A stretch of 61,914 bases of DNA, counting the filler, from Chiloscyllium plagiosum (lineage: Eukaryota): NCBI RefSeq assembly GCF_004010195.1. It is 4 parts of one record of this genome, joined end to end, with 100 filler letters (N's around TTAATTAATTAA, not from the genome) between each part and the next. Parts side by side here need not be neighbours in the genome. Positions count along the whole stretch, not along the records: positions 12,044 to 41,386 come from NC_057711.1; positions 41,487 to 54,797 come from NC_057711.1; 2 more parts are not named here. One strand, given 5' to 3'. Below are positions 39,890 through 52,918 of this stretch, piece by piece. Both the position numbers and the translations under genes were made by a program. The notes under the pieces are model-generated. The model searched no databases and was not told the origin of the DNA. It was given only the letters and a program-made list of their open reading frames with translations. Positions within the stretch are counted from its first letter, which is position 1. The number at the start of each line of letters is the position of its first letter.

Positions 39890-41552
39890 AACATAGAAAA
39901 TTGCTCAGTGCACCTGCCCACAAAAAGCAGGAAGAGTTTGATCCAACCAGTTACTGCCCCATCAGGCTACTCTTGATCATCATCAGAGTGATGCTGGAGT
40001 TATCAACAGTACTATCACACAGCACTTACACAGCAATGACCTACTCATCAAATCTCAATTTGTGTTCTGCCAGAATCACTCAGCTCCAAATGTCAATGCA
40101 ACCTTGATCCAAACATAGCTCAAGTGGTGAGATGAGATGAGAGTGACTGCTACTGATGTCAAGGCAGCCTTATATCAAGTGCTTCTCAGCAAAACTGAAC
40201 GAAGTAGAAGTCATGGGAAATCACTCCACTGGTTGGAATCATACCTAGCACAAAGGGTGATCTTTGAGATTGCAGGAGACCAATCATCTCCACTCCTGGA
40301 CATTGCTGTAGGAGTTTTGAAGAGTAGTGGTCTCGGCCCAACCACCTTCAGCTACTTCATCTCAAAGTCAGAGGTGAAGATATTTGCTGATGATTACATC
40401 ATACAAGACTCCCCAGAAGCAGGCCATAGCAAGACCTGAACAACATTCTTGTTCAGGCTGATAAATGCAAAATAACATACAGTCCACACAACTGCCAGAC
40501 AATGACTACCTTGAACAAAGATTATCTAACGATATCCCTTTGAGATCAAATGGCATTACAATTGTTGAAACCCCTCCCCCTCCCCTTATTACCTGCAAAT
40601 TACCATTGACCAGTAATTGACTTGACTAGTCATACAAATGCTGTGGTGACAAAAGCAGGCTAGAGGCGAGGAATCCTGTAACATGAAACTCAGCTCCTGA
40701 CTCCCAAAAGAATGTCCACCATCTACAAGGAGCAAGTCAGGAATGTGATAGAATACTGTTAACCTGCCTGGATGAATGCAGCCCCAAGGACACTCAGGAA
40801 GATCAACACCATCAAGGGAAAAGAAGCTTGTTTGATCAACTCCCAAACCACCAACTCCAAATTTCAGTCCCTCCATCACAAGCACAAAATAGCACCAGTA
40901 CGTACTACCAAGAAAATCGATTTATAACTCATTAAGGTGCCTTTGACAGAACCTTCCAAACCCATGTCGTGTAGTACCAAAAAGGACAAGGGCTACAGCT
41001 TTCAAGGAGCAACATCACCTCCAACAAATGCAGAAAAACAAGGCATCTAGATAGAAATTGTCCCATTGGGCAGATACAGCATGAAGGGCAGGTCATGCTT
41101 AACTAATCTTTTGAAATTCTATGAAGACATTACGAACAGGGTAGACAATGGGAGGCTAGTTGATGTGGTGCATCTAGATTTCCAAAAGGCATTTGACAAG
41201 GTGTCACACAAAAGGCTGCTGCACAAGATAAAGTTGTGAGGTATTATAGGTAATGTATTAGCATGGATAGAGGATTGGTTAAACAACAGGAAGCAAAGAG
41301 TGGAATAAATGAGCACTATTCTGGTTGGCAATCAGTGACTAGTGGTGTACCTTAGGGATCAGTGTTAGGACTGCAATTATTCACAANNNNNNNNNNNNNN
41401 NNNNNNNNNNNNNNNNNNNNNNNNNNNNNNTTAATTAATTAANNNNNNNNNNNNNNNNNNNNNNNNNNNNNNNNNNNNNNNNNNNNAACCCCATCCAGGA
41501 CAAACATATAAATAGAAAGCAGGAGACAACAGCTTTGCTACACTTGGAGGTC

Positions 41553-41594
41553 GCCACTGATGATGTTACCTAGCCAGGTAATGAAACGTCTGGC
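41553..41594 (+). ncRNA. minimal type I hammerhead ribozyme
   Basis: GCCA-CTGATGA-T-GTTACC-TAGCCA-GGTAAT-GAAAC-GTC-TGGC: helix I GCCA/TGGC, helix II GTTACC/GGTAAT, intact core. Confidence 0.75.
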
Positions 41595-41631
41595 TATCAA
41601 ACCTACAGCTCAGCGAGTAAACCTACACCCT

Positions 41632-42440
41632 AGTGAACCTCCTCTGCACCCCCTCTAGTGCCAGTACATCCTTTCTCAATTAACAAGACCAAAACTACAT
41701 GCAGTACTCCAGGTATGGCCTCACCAACACCCTGTACAGCTGCAATATAATCTCTCTGCTTTTAAACTCAATCCATTTAGCAATGAAGGACAAAATTCCA
41801 TTTGCCTTCTTCATTACCTATTGTACCTGCAGACCAACCTTCTGTGATTCATGCATAAGGACACCAATGTCCCTTTGCATTGCAGCATGCGACAATTTCT
41901 TACCATTCAAATAATAGTTCTTTTTACTGTCATACCTATCGAAATGGATACCTTCACAGTAATTAACATAGTACTCCATTTGCCAGACCTTTGCCCACTC
42001 ACTTAAACTATCCATGTCCCTTTGCAAAAATTCACAGTCCTCTGCACACTTTGCTCTACCACTCATCTTAGTGTCATCCACAAACTTTGCCACATTATAC
42101 GTGGTGCCCAACTCTAAATCATCCATGTGACTTGTGAATAATTGCAGTCCTAACACTGATCCCTAAGGTACACCACTAGTCACTGATTGCCAACCAGAAC
42201 AGTGCTCATTTATTCCCCTCTTTGTTTCCTGTTGTTTAACCAATCCTCTATCCACGCTAATACATTACCTATAATACCTCACAACTTTATCTTGTGCAGC
42301 AGCCTTTTGTGTGACACCTTGTCAAATGCCTTTTGGAAATCTAGATGCACCACATCAACTAGCCTCCCATTGTCTACCCTGTTCGCAATGTCTTCATAGA
42401 ATTTCAAAAGATTAGTTACACATGACCCGCCCTTCATGCT
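41632..42440 (-). mobile_element. CR1 ORF2 RT fragment
   Basis: Minus ORF 41818-42156 VAKFVDDTKMSG...LQRDMDSLSEWAKVWQMEY. Confidence 0.88.
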
Positions 42441-44239
42441 GTATCTGCCCAATGGGACAATTTCTATCTAGATGCCTTGTTTTTCTGCATTTGTTGGAGG
42501 TGATGTTGCTCCTTGAAAGCTGTAGCCCTTGTCCTTTTTGGTACTACACGACATGGGTTTGGGAGGTTCTGTCAAAGGCACCTTAATGAGTTATAAATCG
42601 ATTTTCTTGGTAGTACGTACTGGTGCTATTTTGTGCTTGTGATGGAGGGACTGAAATTTGGAGTTGGTGGTTTGGGAGTTGATCAAACAAGCTTCTTTTC
42701 CCTTGATGGTGTTGATCTTCCTGAGTGTCCTTGGGGCTGCATTCATCCAGGCAGGTTAACAGTATTCCATCACATTCCTGACTTGCTCCTTGTAGATGGT
42801 GGACATTCTTTTGGGAGTCAGGAGCTGAGTTTCATGTTACAGGATTCCTCGCCTCTAGCCTGCTTTTGTCACCACAGCATTATTCCTCGCCTCTAGCCTG
42901 CTTTTGTCACCACAGCATTTATATGACTAGTCTAGTCAATTACTGGTCAATGGTAATTTGCAGGTTATAAGGGGAGGGGGAGGGGTTTCAACAATTGTAA
43001 TGCCATTTGATCTCAAAGGGATGTCGTTAGATAATCTTTGTTCAAGGTAGTCATTGTCTGTTCAAGTTGTGTGGACTGAATGTTATTTTGCATTTATCAA
43101 CCTGAACATGAATGTTGTTCAGGTCTTGCTATGGCCTGCTTCTGGGGAGTCTTGTATGATGTAATCATCAGCAAATATCTTCACCTCTGACTTTGAGATG
43201 AAGTAGCTGAAGGAGGGTGGGCCGAGACCACTACTCTTCAAAACTCCTACAGCAATGTCCAGGAGTGGAGATGATTGGTCTCCTGCAATCTCAAAGATCA
43301 CCCTTTGTGCTAGGTATGATTCCAACCAGTGGAGTGATTTCCCATGACTTCTACTTCGTTCAGTTTTGCTGAGAAGCACTTGATATAAGGCTGCCTTGAC
43401 ATCAGTAGCAGTCATTCTCATCTCATCTCACCACTTGAGCTATGTTTGGATCAAGGTTGCATTGACATTTGGAGCTGAGTGATTCTGGCAGAACACAAAT
43501 TGAGATTTGATGAGTAGGTTATTGCTGTGTAATTGCTGTGTGATAGTACTGTTGATAACTCCAGCATCACTCTGATGATGATCAAGGGTAGCCTGATGGG
43601 GCAGTAACTGGTTGGATCGAACTCATCCTGCTTTTTGTGGGCAGGTGCACTGAGCAATTTTCTATGTTGTTGGGTACTCTTGTGGCTGTACTGGGAAAGT
43701 TTGCCGAGGTATAGCTAGTTCCAACCATAGGGTAAAACAGCACTTAAGATGTTGTCTGCGCCCACGGCCTATGCTATATCCATTTTCATATTATAGATGA
43801 AAGCACTCAAAATAATTGCACTGTGATTAATAGAGTTTAATTTGTTCAATTCCCTGAAGAGGATTTCATGGATGCTTTACTTTTAAATGAAAGTTATGAA
43901 GGAAGTCCTCAGCTTTTAACACCTTCCTATTATTCACTTTAGATAAGTGCTGGGATCAGATATTTACATACCCACACTCAAATTGCTGAAGAGCAAGTTA
44001 CACAATTTGACATTGTCATAACTGAAACAGCAGCAACACCCACTGAAGTGTCTAACAAGGCAAGTTGCCAGGTTATCAGACAGATTGTGAAGGTAATAAT
44101 GGTAACATGTCACAGATTCTGTCTTATGAATTAAATTGTAATTAGGTAATAAGAGAAGCTGAGATACAAGGAGGAAGAGGGAAAATGTAAAAATGGAGAG
44201 TAGCAAATTGACAGCATGCTTGATGATAGCTCACAGAGT

Positions 44240-46350
44240 CTATAGACCATAAGACAGTAAGACAGAGGAGCGGAATTAGGCCAGTCAGCCCATTGAGTCT
44301 GCTCCGCCATTCGACCAAAGCTGATATGCTTCTCAATCCCATTTTCCTGCCTTCTCCCAGTAACCTTTGACCCCTTTACTAATCAAGAATCCATCTGTCT
44401 CTGTCTTAAATACACTCAGTGACTTGGCCTTCACAGCCCTCTGCAGCAATGAGTTCCACAGATTCACCACCCTCTGACTGAAGAAATTCCTCCTCATCTC
44501 AGTTTTAAAGGGTCATCCCTTCACTCTGAGGCTATGTCCTTGGGTCCTCACCTTTCCTACCTTTGAAAACATTTTTTCCATGTTCACTCTATCCAGGTCA
44601 CTCAGTATTCTGTAAGTTTCAATGAGATCCCTCCTCATCCTTCTAAATTCCATTGAGCACAGACTCAGATCCCTCAACTGCTCCTCATTTGACAAACCCT
44701 TCATCCTTGGGATCACTCTTGAGAACCTCCTCTGGACTCCTTCCAAGACCAGCACATTCTTCCTTAGATACAGGGCCCAAAACTGTTCACAATATTCAAA
44801 GGTGGTCTGACCAGAATATTATACGGCGTCAGCAGTATATCTCTGCTCTTGAAATCTAGCCCTCTCAAAATGAATGCTAGCATTGCATTTGTCTTCCTTA
44901 CTGCCAAGTGTGCCCAAATGTTATCCTTGAGAGGTTTCTGAACTTGGATTAAGTCCTTTTGTGCTTCAAATTTCTGTAACCTTTCCCCATTTAGAAAACA
45001 ATCTATGTTTCCATTCTTTCTACCAAAGTGCATAATTTCCCACATTGTATTCCATCTGCCATTTCATTGCCCACTTTCCTAGCCTGTCCAAGCCTTATTG
45101 CAACCTCCGCACTTTCTCAACACTATAAGTACTTCAACCGATCTTTGTGTAATCTGCAAATTTAGCAGCAACGCTATCAGTTTTTTTGTCCAGATTGTTA
45201 ATATATAACACAAATATTTGTGATCCCAGTATTGATCCCTGTGGAACTCTACTATTCAGGTTGCCATCCTGAAAAGGACTCCTTTATCCCCACTCCCTGC
45301 CTTCTGCCAATCAGCCAATCCCCCAACTATGCCAGTACCTTTCCTCTAACACCACGGGCTCTAATCTTATTGAAGCAGCCTCCTCTGCGGCTCATTGTCA
45401 AAGGTCTTTTGGAAATCCAAATAGATCCACATTCACTGGCTGTCCTTTGTCTAACTTGCTCATTACCTCCTGAAAGAAATGCCATCAGACTTGTCAGGCA
45501 TGACTTCCCTTTGACAAGGCTATGCTAACTCAACCCTATTTTACCATGCACTTCTAAATCACATGCTTAATGGTGCACTACAAATGCTTACCAGTGACTG
45601 AGGTCAGGCTAACTGACCTATAATTTGCCATCTTCTGCCTCCATCCCTGCTGCAACAGAGGTGTTACATAACCCTATTTCAAGTTCTCTAGGATCCTCCC
45701 TGACTCCAGTGATTCCTGAAAGATCACCACCACTCTTTTCACACTCACCTCAGCTTTATCTCCTTTAGAACACTGGAATAGAGTTCATCTGGTCCAAGTG
45801 ATTTATCCACCATTAGACCTTTCAGCTTCCCCAGCACCTTCTCCTTAATGGTGGCTACTTACACTCAACTCTGACCCTGACTCTGTTGAAGTCCCGATAA
45901 GCCACGGTATCTACACAATAAAGATTGATGCAAATGCCTAATTAGATCCTTCACCACTTCTTTGTTCCCCATTACTACTTCTCCAGCTTACTTTTCTAGC
46001 GGTCTAATGTTTACTCTTGCTTCGCTTTACCTTTTATATGTCGAAAGAATCTCTTGCTATCTTCTTTTATATTATGAAGTTAGAAAGCACACAACACCAA
46101 CAGGTTTATTTGGAAGCATGAGCTTTCGGAGCACCAGGTGGTCATCAGGTATAATATGAGCTAGTTTATCCTCATATTTCATCTTCTTCCACTCCCCACC
46201 CCATCCCCAGCTTTTTTAGTTGTCCTCTGCTGGTTTTTTTAAGGTTTCTAAATCCTCTGGCCTCCAACTAATCGTCACCACATTGTATTTTTTTTTGCTT
46301 TTAATCTGTTGCTGACTTTGCTTGTCAGCCTTGGTTGCCTCATCCTCCCC
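44240..46350 (-). mobile_element. CR1 LINE ORF2 and 3' UTR
   Basis: LEGVQRRFSRVIP...RRMRRDLIETY and IMHFGRKN...NAMLAFILRG. Confidence 0.85.
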
Positions 46351-46383
46351 TTAGCATGTTACATCTATGTTAAGAGTAAATGA

Positions 46384-47310
46384 GAGAAAGTGAAGACTGC
46401 ATATGCTGGAGATCAGAGTCAAAAAGTGTGGTGCTGGAAAAGCACAGTAGGTCAGGCAGCATCTGAGGCAGCATAAGCCCTTCATTAGGAATGTGAGGGG
46501 TGAAGGGGGATGAAAGATAGATAGGAGAGTAGGGGTGGGAGAAGGTAGCTGGGAAAGCGATTGGTGGATGCAGATGGGGGTTAGTGGAGATAGGTCAGAG
46601 GAGTGGGTGGAGCAAATAATTAGAAAGGAAGATGGACAGGTAGGACAGTTCAAGAGGGTGGGGCCAAGTTGGAGGGTTGGATCTGGGCTGAGGTAGGGGA
46701 GGGGAAATAAGGAAACTGGTGAAGTTGATGTTGATGCCGTTTAGTTGGAACGTCCCAAGGCAGAAGATGAGGCATTCTTCTTCCAATCGTCAGGTGGCTT
46801 GAATTTGGCAGTGGAGGAGGCCCAAGATAAGTGTTGAAGTGATCAGCCACAGAGCAGTGGGATTGCTTGATGTGAGTCCTAGAGATGTTTCCTGAAAAGT
46901 TCAGCAAGTTGCCATCCTGTTTCCCCAGTGTAGAGGAGACCATTTTGAGAATAATGGACACAGTAGATGAGGTGTTTGGATTTGCAGGAAAATCTCTGCC
47001 AGATGTAGAAGGATCCTTTGGGGCCTTGGACGAAGGTGAGGGAGGAGATGTGGGTGCAGATTTTATATCTCTTGTGGCAGCAAGGGAAGGTACCATGAGT
47101 GGAGGTTGGGTTGGTGGGGGGGGCATGGACCTAGCGAGTGAGTCTTTGCATGGTGGGAAAGGAAACATATCTCTGGTGGTGGGGTCAGACTGTCTCATGG
47201 AAGAATGCCTCATCTTCCACCTTGGGACCCCCCAACCATACAACATCAACGTTCACTTTACCAGTTTCCTTAATCCCATCTCCCCACCTCATCCCAGATC
47301 CAACCCTCCA
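46384..47310 (-). mobile_element. Penelope-like element 3' part (GIY-YIG) with inverted piece ~47195-47310
   Basis: Homologous to 1-960 and 14466-15100. EECLIFCLGTFQLNGININF on - and EECLIFHLGTPQPYNINVHF on +. Confidence 0.82.
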
Positions 47311-48353
47311 AGGTGTTTGACAAAGTTCCCCATGGGAGACTGGTGAGCAAGGTTAGATCTCACAGAATACATGGAGAACTAGCCATTTGGATATAGAACT
47401 GGCTGAAAGGTAGAAGATAGAGGTTGATGGTGGAGGGTCGTTTTTCAGATTGGAGGCCTGTGACCAGTGGAGTGCCACAAGGATTGGTGCTGGGTCCACT
47501 ACTTTTCGTCATTTATATAAATGATTTGGATGTGAGCATAAGCGGTATAGTTAGTAAGTTTGCAGATGACACCAAAATTGGAGGTGTAGTCAACAACGGA
47601 GAAGGTTATCTCAGGTTACAATGGGATCTTGATCAGATGGGCCAATGAGCTGAGAAGTGGCAGATGAAGTTTAATTTAGATAAACATGAGGTGCTGCAGT
47701 TTGGGAAAACAAATCTTAGCAGGATTTATACACTTAATGGTAAGGTCCTATGGAGTGTTTGCTGAACAAAGAGATGTGAGATAGCAGGTTCACAGCTCCT
47801 TGAAAGTGGAGTCACAAGTAGATAGGGTAGTGAAGAAGGTGTTTGGTATGCTTTCCTTTATTGGTCAGGATATTGAGTACAGGAGTTGGGAGGTCATGTT
47901 GCATCTGCACAGGACATTGGTTCGGCCGCTGTTGGAATATTGCATGCAATTCTGATTTACAAGGATGTTGCCAGGATTGGAGGATTTGAGCTATAGGGAG
48001 AGGCTGAATAGGCTGGGGCTGTTGGGGTGACCTCATAGAGATTTACAAAATCATGAGGTGTATGTATAGGATAAATAGTCTTTTCCCTGGGGTGGGGAAG
48101 TCCAGAACTAGAGGATATAGGTTTAGGGGGAGAGGGGAAAGATATAAAAGGGACCTAAGGGGCAACTTTTTCACGCAGAGGGCAGTGTGTGTATGGAATG
48201 AGCTGCCAGAGAAAGCGGTGGAGGCTAGTACAATTGCAACATTTAAAATGCATCTGGATGCGTATATGAATAGGAAGAGTTCAGAGGGATATGGGCCAAA
48301 CGCTGGCAAATGGGACTAGATTAAGTTGGGATATCTGGTTGGCTTGGACGAGT
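47311..48353 (+). mobile_element. CR1 (HER1-like) ORF2 3' part; 3' UTR cut at the junction with the array/ERV
   Basis: GVPQGLVLGPLLF, SKFADDTK. Colinear with 16222-17320 but lacks the last ~45 bp of the tail. Confidence 0.92.
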
Positions 48354-48359
48354 AGGATA

Positions 48360-48618
48360 GGCGGTTACTTGCCGTCCTGTCTCGCGCCCGGAAGAGTGCG
48401 AGGCGGTCACGTGACGTCACGTTTCGCGCCCCGGAAGAGTGCGGGTGGTCACGTGATGTTCCGTTTCGCGCCTCAGAAGAGTGCGGGCGGTCACGTGATG
48501 TTCCATTTCGCGCCTCGGAAGAGTGCGGGCGGTCACGTGATGTTCTGTTTCGCGCCTCGGAAGTGGGTCGAGGAGGTCACGTGATGCTCCATTTCGCGGG
48601 CAAAAGAAGGTCACGTGT
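48360..48618. repeat. CpG-rich 42-bp tandem array with E-box, E2F and ETS motifs
   Basis: CACGTG at 48408, 48450, 48492, 48534, 48578 and 48612. TTTCGCGC at 48422, 48464, 48506 and 48548. (C/T)CGGAAG at 48388, 48431, 48515 and 48557. Confidence 0.92.
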
Positions 48619-49189
48619 GGTCGGACATCTAGGAATGCGAGGAGGCGGGGAATGGAGTCAGATCAACACCCAATCAGAAGATAATTCTACCTCAGTGTTT
48701 ATATAACGTTTTTTCTTGTTTCAAAGACTGGGGCAGGGACAAAACGAGGTCTTTCTTTTTGAACTGGCACACGTTGTAGTTTGTCAGGGACAAAGAGGTT
48801 TAGACCCAGAGCTCTGAATGCCTTGTCCACTTACTGTGTAAAATAAATTAAGAGTGTGAGACCGAATATCTTCTCCTATTGCTTCATTTAAAAGAACACG
48901 CAGGACTGGGCTCACACATAGAAGAAAGTAAATTGGTAGATTGAGCCAAAGTCCAACAAATTGATGAGCCTGACGCGATGAAGACGGAGAAGTGATGGAA
49001 AGAGAGAAAAATAGAAACAACGGACAACTGACGTTGATGACAACAACAAGCGGCGCCGCATAAAAAAAGGTGAGCAGACGCCTGTTTATATCGAAGTTCT
49101 GCAATTGGAGATACCAAATTGATTGTTGTCATTATACTGCAAGTGTCCTAGTAATAGTAAGTGGACAAAATATTGACAAGGTAGATAAA

Positions 49190-49340
49190 GGTTTAAAGTC
49201 CCGTGGGGTTAGAGTCCCCATAAAAGCAACAAGGTACGTACGGGTTTAAAGTCCCTTGGGGTTAGAGTCCCCATAAAAGCAACAAGGTACGTAAGTGTGA
49301 GGAGGTTTAAAGTGCATTGAGCAGGATCTCATAAAAGCAA
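49190..49340. repeat. 53-bp tandem repeat (2 copies plus a degenerate third) in the ERV leader
   Basis: GTTTAAAGTCCC.TGGGGTTAGAGTCCCCATAAAAGCAACAAGGTACGTA at 49191 and 49244. Confidence 0.85.
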
Positions 49341-49648
49341 TGCTCACAAATTTTGATGTATGATTGATGTTTTGTAAGTTTTAGAAATTATATTTGGGAA
49401 TGTACGGAGGGTGGTAGAAAAGCCAGTAGCGTTTTGAAGACCAAGACGGTGGTGTTTCAGTGAGAGAGAGTTGGTAGTGGAGACCAAAAACTACTGATAA
49501 ATCTCGCTGAAAGGGTCAGTTGCTTGGGTGTATTTCATCCAAACTGACTAGCCACCGGCTTTGTCTTTGATTGGGTTGGTTGTTTGGTTATATTTATACC
49601 TAAACTGACTGACTACTGGACGGGAGGATTAAAACAAAAATACATAAA

Positions 49649-52600
49649 ATGGAAGGGGAGTTTGATAAAGAGTGTGAAGAATATGGAGGATGTTCTTCCG
49701 ATTTAATGTTGCCCGTAAAACAGCAGTGGGATAAAGCCAGAAGTCAGTTAGTCAGTGGGCTTGCAAAGAATAAACAAAAAACAATGATGGAGAAATATGA
49801 TAAGATTTGGGAGGAGTTACAGAAACAGGGCAAAGTCCCTAAAGATGAGGAGAGGAAGAAATTGTCACTGTTTTTAGGAAAAGCAGAAGAGCAAGCTAAA
49901 GTAGAAGTAGAAGAGCACATGAAGGGAAAGAAAGGGTCAATATTAGTTAGAAGAAAGTGGACAAAAGAAGGCGGGGAGAAAGAAGAGAGGAGGATTCATC
50001 TGCACAACATGACGTTAGCCTGTATGGCGGTAGAAACATTACAAAAGAGAGTAGGTGGTACCTCTACAACAGATTTGACAAAGGAGATAGAAAAGGCAGG
50101 ACCATCTGCGCCATTATATCCTAAATTGCCTGGGTACAATCACCGCCCCCATATCCTGTAATACAAATGCCACTTATGTATGTTCAAGAAGGGGTGTCAG
50201 ACATGCGAGAAGTAGGAACAAGAGAGTACAACGTAGTAAAACAGAGACTGGCGGAAGCTGTAGAAGAAAGTATCAGAAAAGTAGAAAAATTAACATTAGA
50301 AGTTGATCAGAGGGTTAAGGAAGCGGAGGAAGCAAATAGGGTGACAATGATGCACAGTAGGAACAAAGATCAGCCAAAACAGGGGAGATGTTTTCCAGTG
50401 CAGGAGCCAGATGCTCATTCAACACCATATAGAGCTGAGAATGAAAAGAGGGGAAGATTACATGATTCAGGTCAGTTAATGGATGATGGGTTCTCAGACA
50501 GAAGAAGGAGCGATTTGAGGGAAGAACGGGATAGAGAGAAATTGGATGAGGAGGAGTCTAAAAGTAGTATAGGTATTGAGGACGAAGAATCCTTGACAAA
50601 CGATGATCCAAACACCTACCCCGTCACCTTGAAAGGCTCACTCACAATGCATACCGAACATGGCCCTTCACTGAAGCCCCTCCCTGAACCAAGTTATAAC
50701 TTGCATCAAAGAGACACATTGCCTCAACCTATAAAGTATCAGCACCACCAAATGCCATTAATTTACAGAGGCTCTTATCTGGGGAATGTTTATCAGCCTT
50801 TCACATATACTGATATGAATTGTATCCTGGATAGAATGCCCCCACCCATAGAGGGAGGTGGGCCTGGATGACAAAATTTTCTCAATATACACTAGGTCAC
50901 AAGTTAGCTATGGGCGATTGGAGAGCATTGTTGGGTAAGCAATTGAGTATGTGGGAAATACAGCAGATTGAAGCGTCTGCGGGGACCACCTTATTACCTG
51001 ATTCGGACCCGTTTGCGCAGCATGCCACCTGTGTGGGAAGGGCAATGAGGGATAGATTTCCGATTCCACCAGGAGCGATGCAGTCACTCACCTTCACAAT
51101 GAAGGAGGGTGAGGATATGCCTGCCTTTTTGGCTAGGTGTAAGGACACGTGGACAGACACTGCGGGGAGCCATCCAGGATCGGGTCAGCTACAGACCACG
51201 TTATTTAGGAACACAGTTATGGCAGGGATGTCTAAGGAAGTAAAAGAGGCAATGGAGACTAATCCTGACATCCCAGGTTGTTCTACAGAACAGTGGGAAA
51301 AACATTTGACGCACCACATGAAGCGTTACAGGACAAAACAGGATGAAGATAAACAGAGTAATGAGTCAGCTCAAGTGCGTTGCTGAAGTTACAGCTCGAT
51401 GNNNNNNNNNNNNNNNNNNNNNNNNNNNNNNNNNNNNNNNNNNNNNNNNNNNNNNNNNNNNNNNNNNNNNNNNNNNNNNNNNNNNNNNNNNNNNNNNNNN
51501 NNNNNNNNNNNNNNNNNNNNNNNNNNNNNNNNNNNNNNNNNNNNNNNNNNNNNNNNNNNNNNNNNNNNNNNNNNNNNNNNNNNNNNNNNNNNNNNNNNNN
51601 NNNNNNNNNNNNNNNNNNNNNNNNNNNNNNNNNNNNNNNNNNNNNNNNNNNNNNNNNNNNNNNNNNNNNNNNNNNNNNNNNNNNNNNNNNNNNNNNNNNN
51701 NNNNNNNNNNNNNNNNNNNNNNNNNNNNNNNNNNNNNNNNNNNNNNNNNNNNNNNNNNNNNNNNNNNNNNNNNNNNNNNNNNNNNNNNNNNNNNNNNNNN
51801 NNNNNNNNNNNNNNNNNNNNNNNNNNNNNNNNNNNNNNNNNNNNNNNNNNNNNNNNNNNNNNNNNNNNNNNNNNNNNNNNNNNNNNNNNNNNNNNNNNNN
51901 NNNNNNNNNNNNNNNNNNNNNNNNNNNNNNNNNNNNNNNNNNNNNNNNNNNNNNNNNNNNNNNNNNNNNNNNNNNNNNNNNNNNNNNNNNNNNNNNNNNN
52001 NNNNNNNNNNNNNNNNNNNNNNNNNNNNNNNNNNNNNNNNNNNNNNNNNNNNNNNNNNNNNNNNNNNNNNNNNNNNNNNNNNNNNNNNNNNNNNNNNNNN
52101 NNNNNNNNNNNNNNNNNNNNNNNNNNNNNNNNNNNNNNNNNNNNNNNNNNNNNNNNNNNNNNNNNNNNNNNNNNNNNNNNNNNNNNNNNNNNNNNNNNNN
52201 NNNNNNNNNNNNNNNNNNNNNNNNNNNNNNNNNNNNNNNNNNNNNNNNNNNNNNNNNNNNNNNNNNNNNNNNNNNNNNNNNNNNNNNNNNNNNNNNNNNN
52301 NNNNNNNNNNNNNNNNNNNNNNNNNNNNNNNNNNNNNNNNNNNNNNNNNNNNNNNNNNNNNNNNNGAAAAACATTTGACGCATCACATGAAGCGTTACAG
52401 GACAAAACAGGATGAGGATAAACAGAGTAATGAGTCAGCTAAAGTGCAGTTGCTGAAGTTACAGATCGATGAGGCTAGAAGGAAGGCTAATGATACGAAG
52501 AAGGCCTCCCAAAAGACGACTAATAGATGGTTCAGCGGCCATTGCCACAAAACAATTCGCCAAGTTTAGATCCAACACCTGATTGAATGCCACCCTATCC

Positions 52601-52918
52601 CCAATATGGGGGCAGACCAATAGGTGTACCAGGAGGAATGCGTGGTAGAGGAAGGGGCCGCGGAGGATTTAGAGATCAGCCACTCAACACCTGTTTTGAA
52701 TGTGGCCAACCCGGGCATTGGAGAAGGGGATGTCCAAGAATTCCTGTGTTGATTGTATAGAGTGTTTGGATCCGCTGACCAGGTGTTTCAGTTTCTGTTG
52801 TAGTCAGCCTCCTTTTCAACAGGCTGTCCAGCCTTACCAAGTCCCAAATGCAGCTGCAGCCCCGGTGCAAGGACAGTACCCCCAAACTATGCTGGAAGGG
52901 CAGGGGTATGAATATTGA
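49649..52918 (+). pseudogene. gag: retroviral gag (frameshifted, gapped)
   Basis: PSAPLYPKL, then PPPY after a frameshift at ~50140. Capsid-like YQPFTYTDM..PPPIEGGGP/W with a frameshift at ~50865. RGRGRGRGG and CFECGQPGHWRRGC (CX2CX4HX4C) at 52692-52733. Confidence 0.85.

Larger units (their letters stand above)
39303..43917. repeat. large inverted duplication: 39303-41386 vs 42132-43917
   Basis: Near-identical ORFs on opposite strands (39901 vs 43451, 40137 vs 43119, 40589 vs 42633, 41119 vs 42187). The arms consist of LINE fragments. Confidence 0.95.

Noticed and set aside
48360..48618. Regular repeats as a possible CRISPR array
   Set aside because: No unique spacers and no cas genes; vertebrate context.
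51297..52471. Apparent gag duplication on both sides of a ~960-N gap, and the long X-filled ORFs
   Set aside because: The flanks overlap (51297-51401 ~ 52366-52471), typical of an unmerged contig overlap. ORFs through Ns are artefacts.
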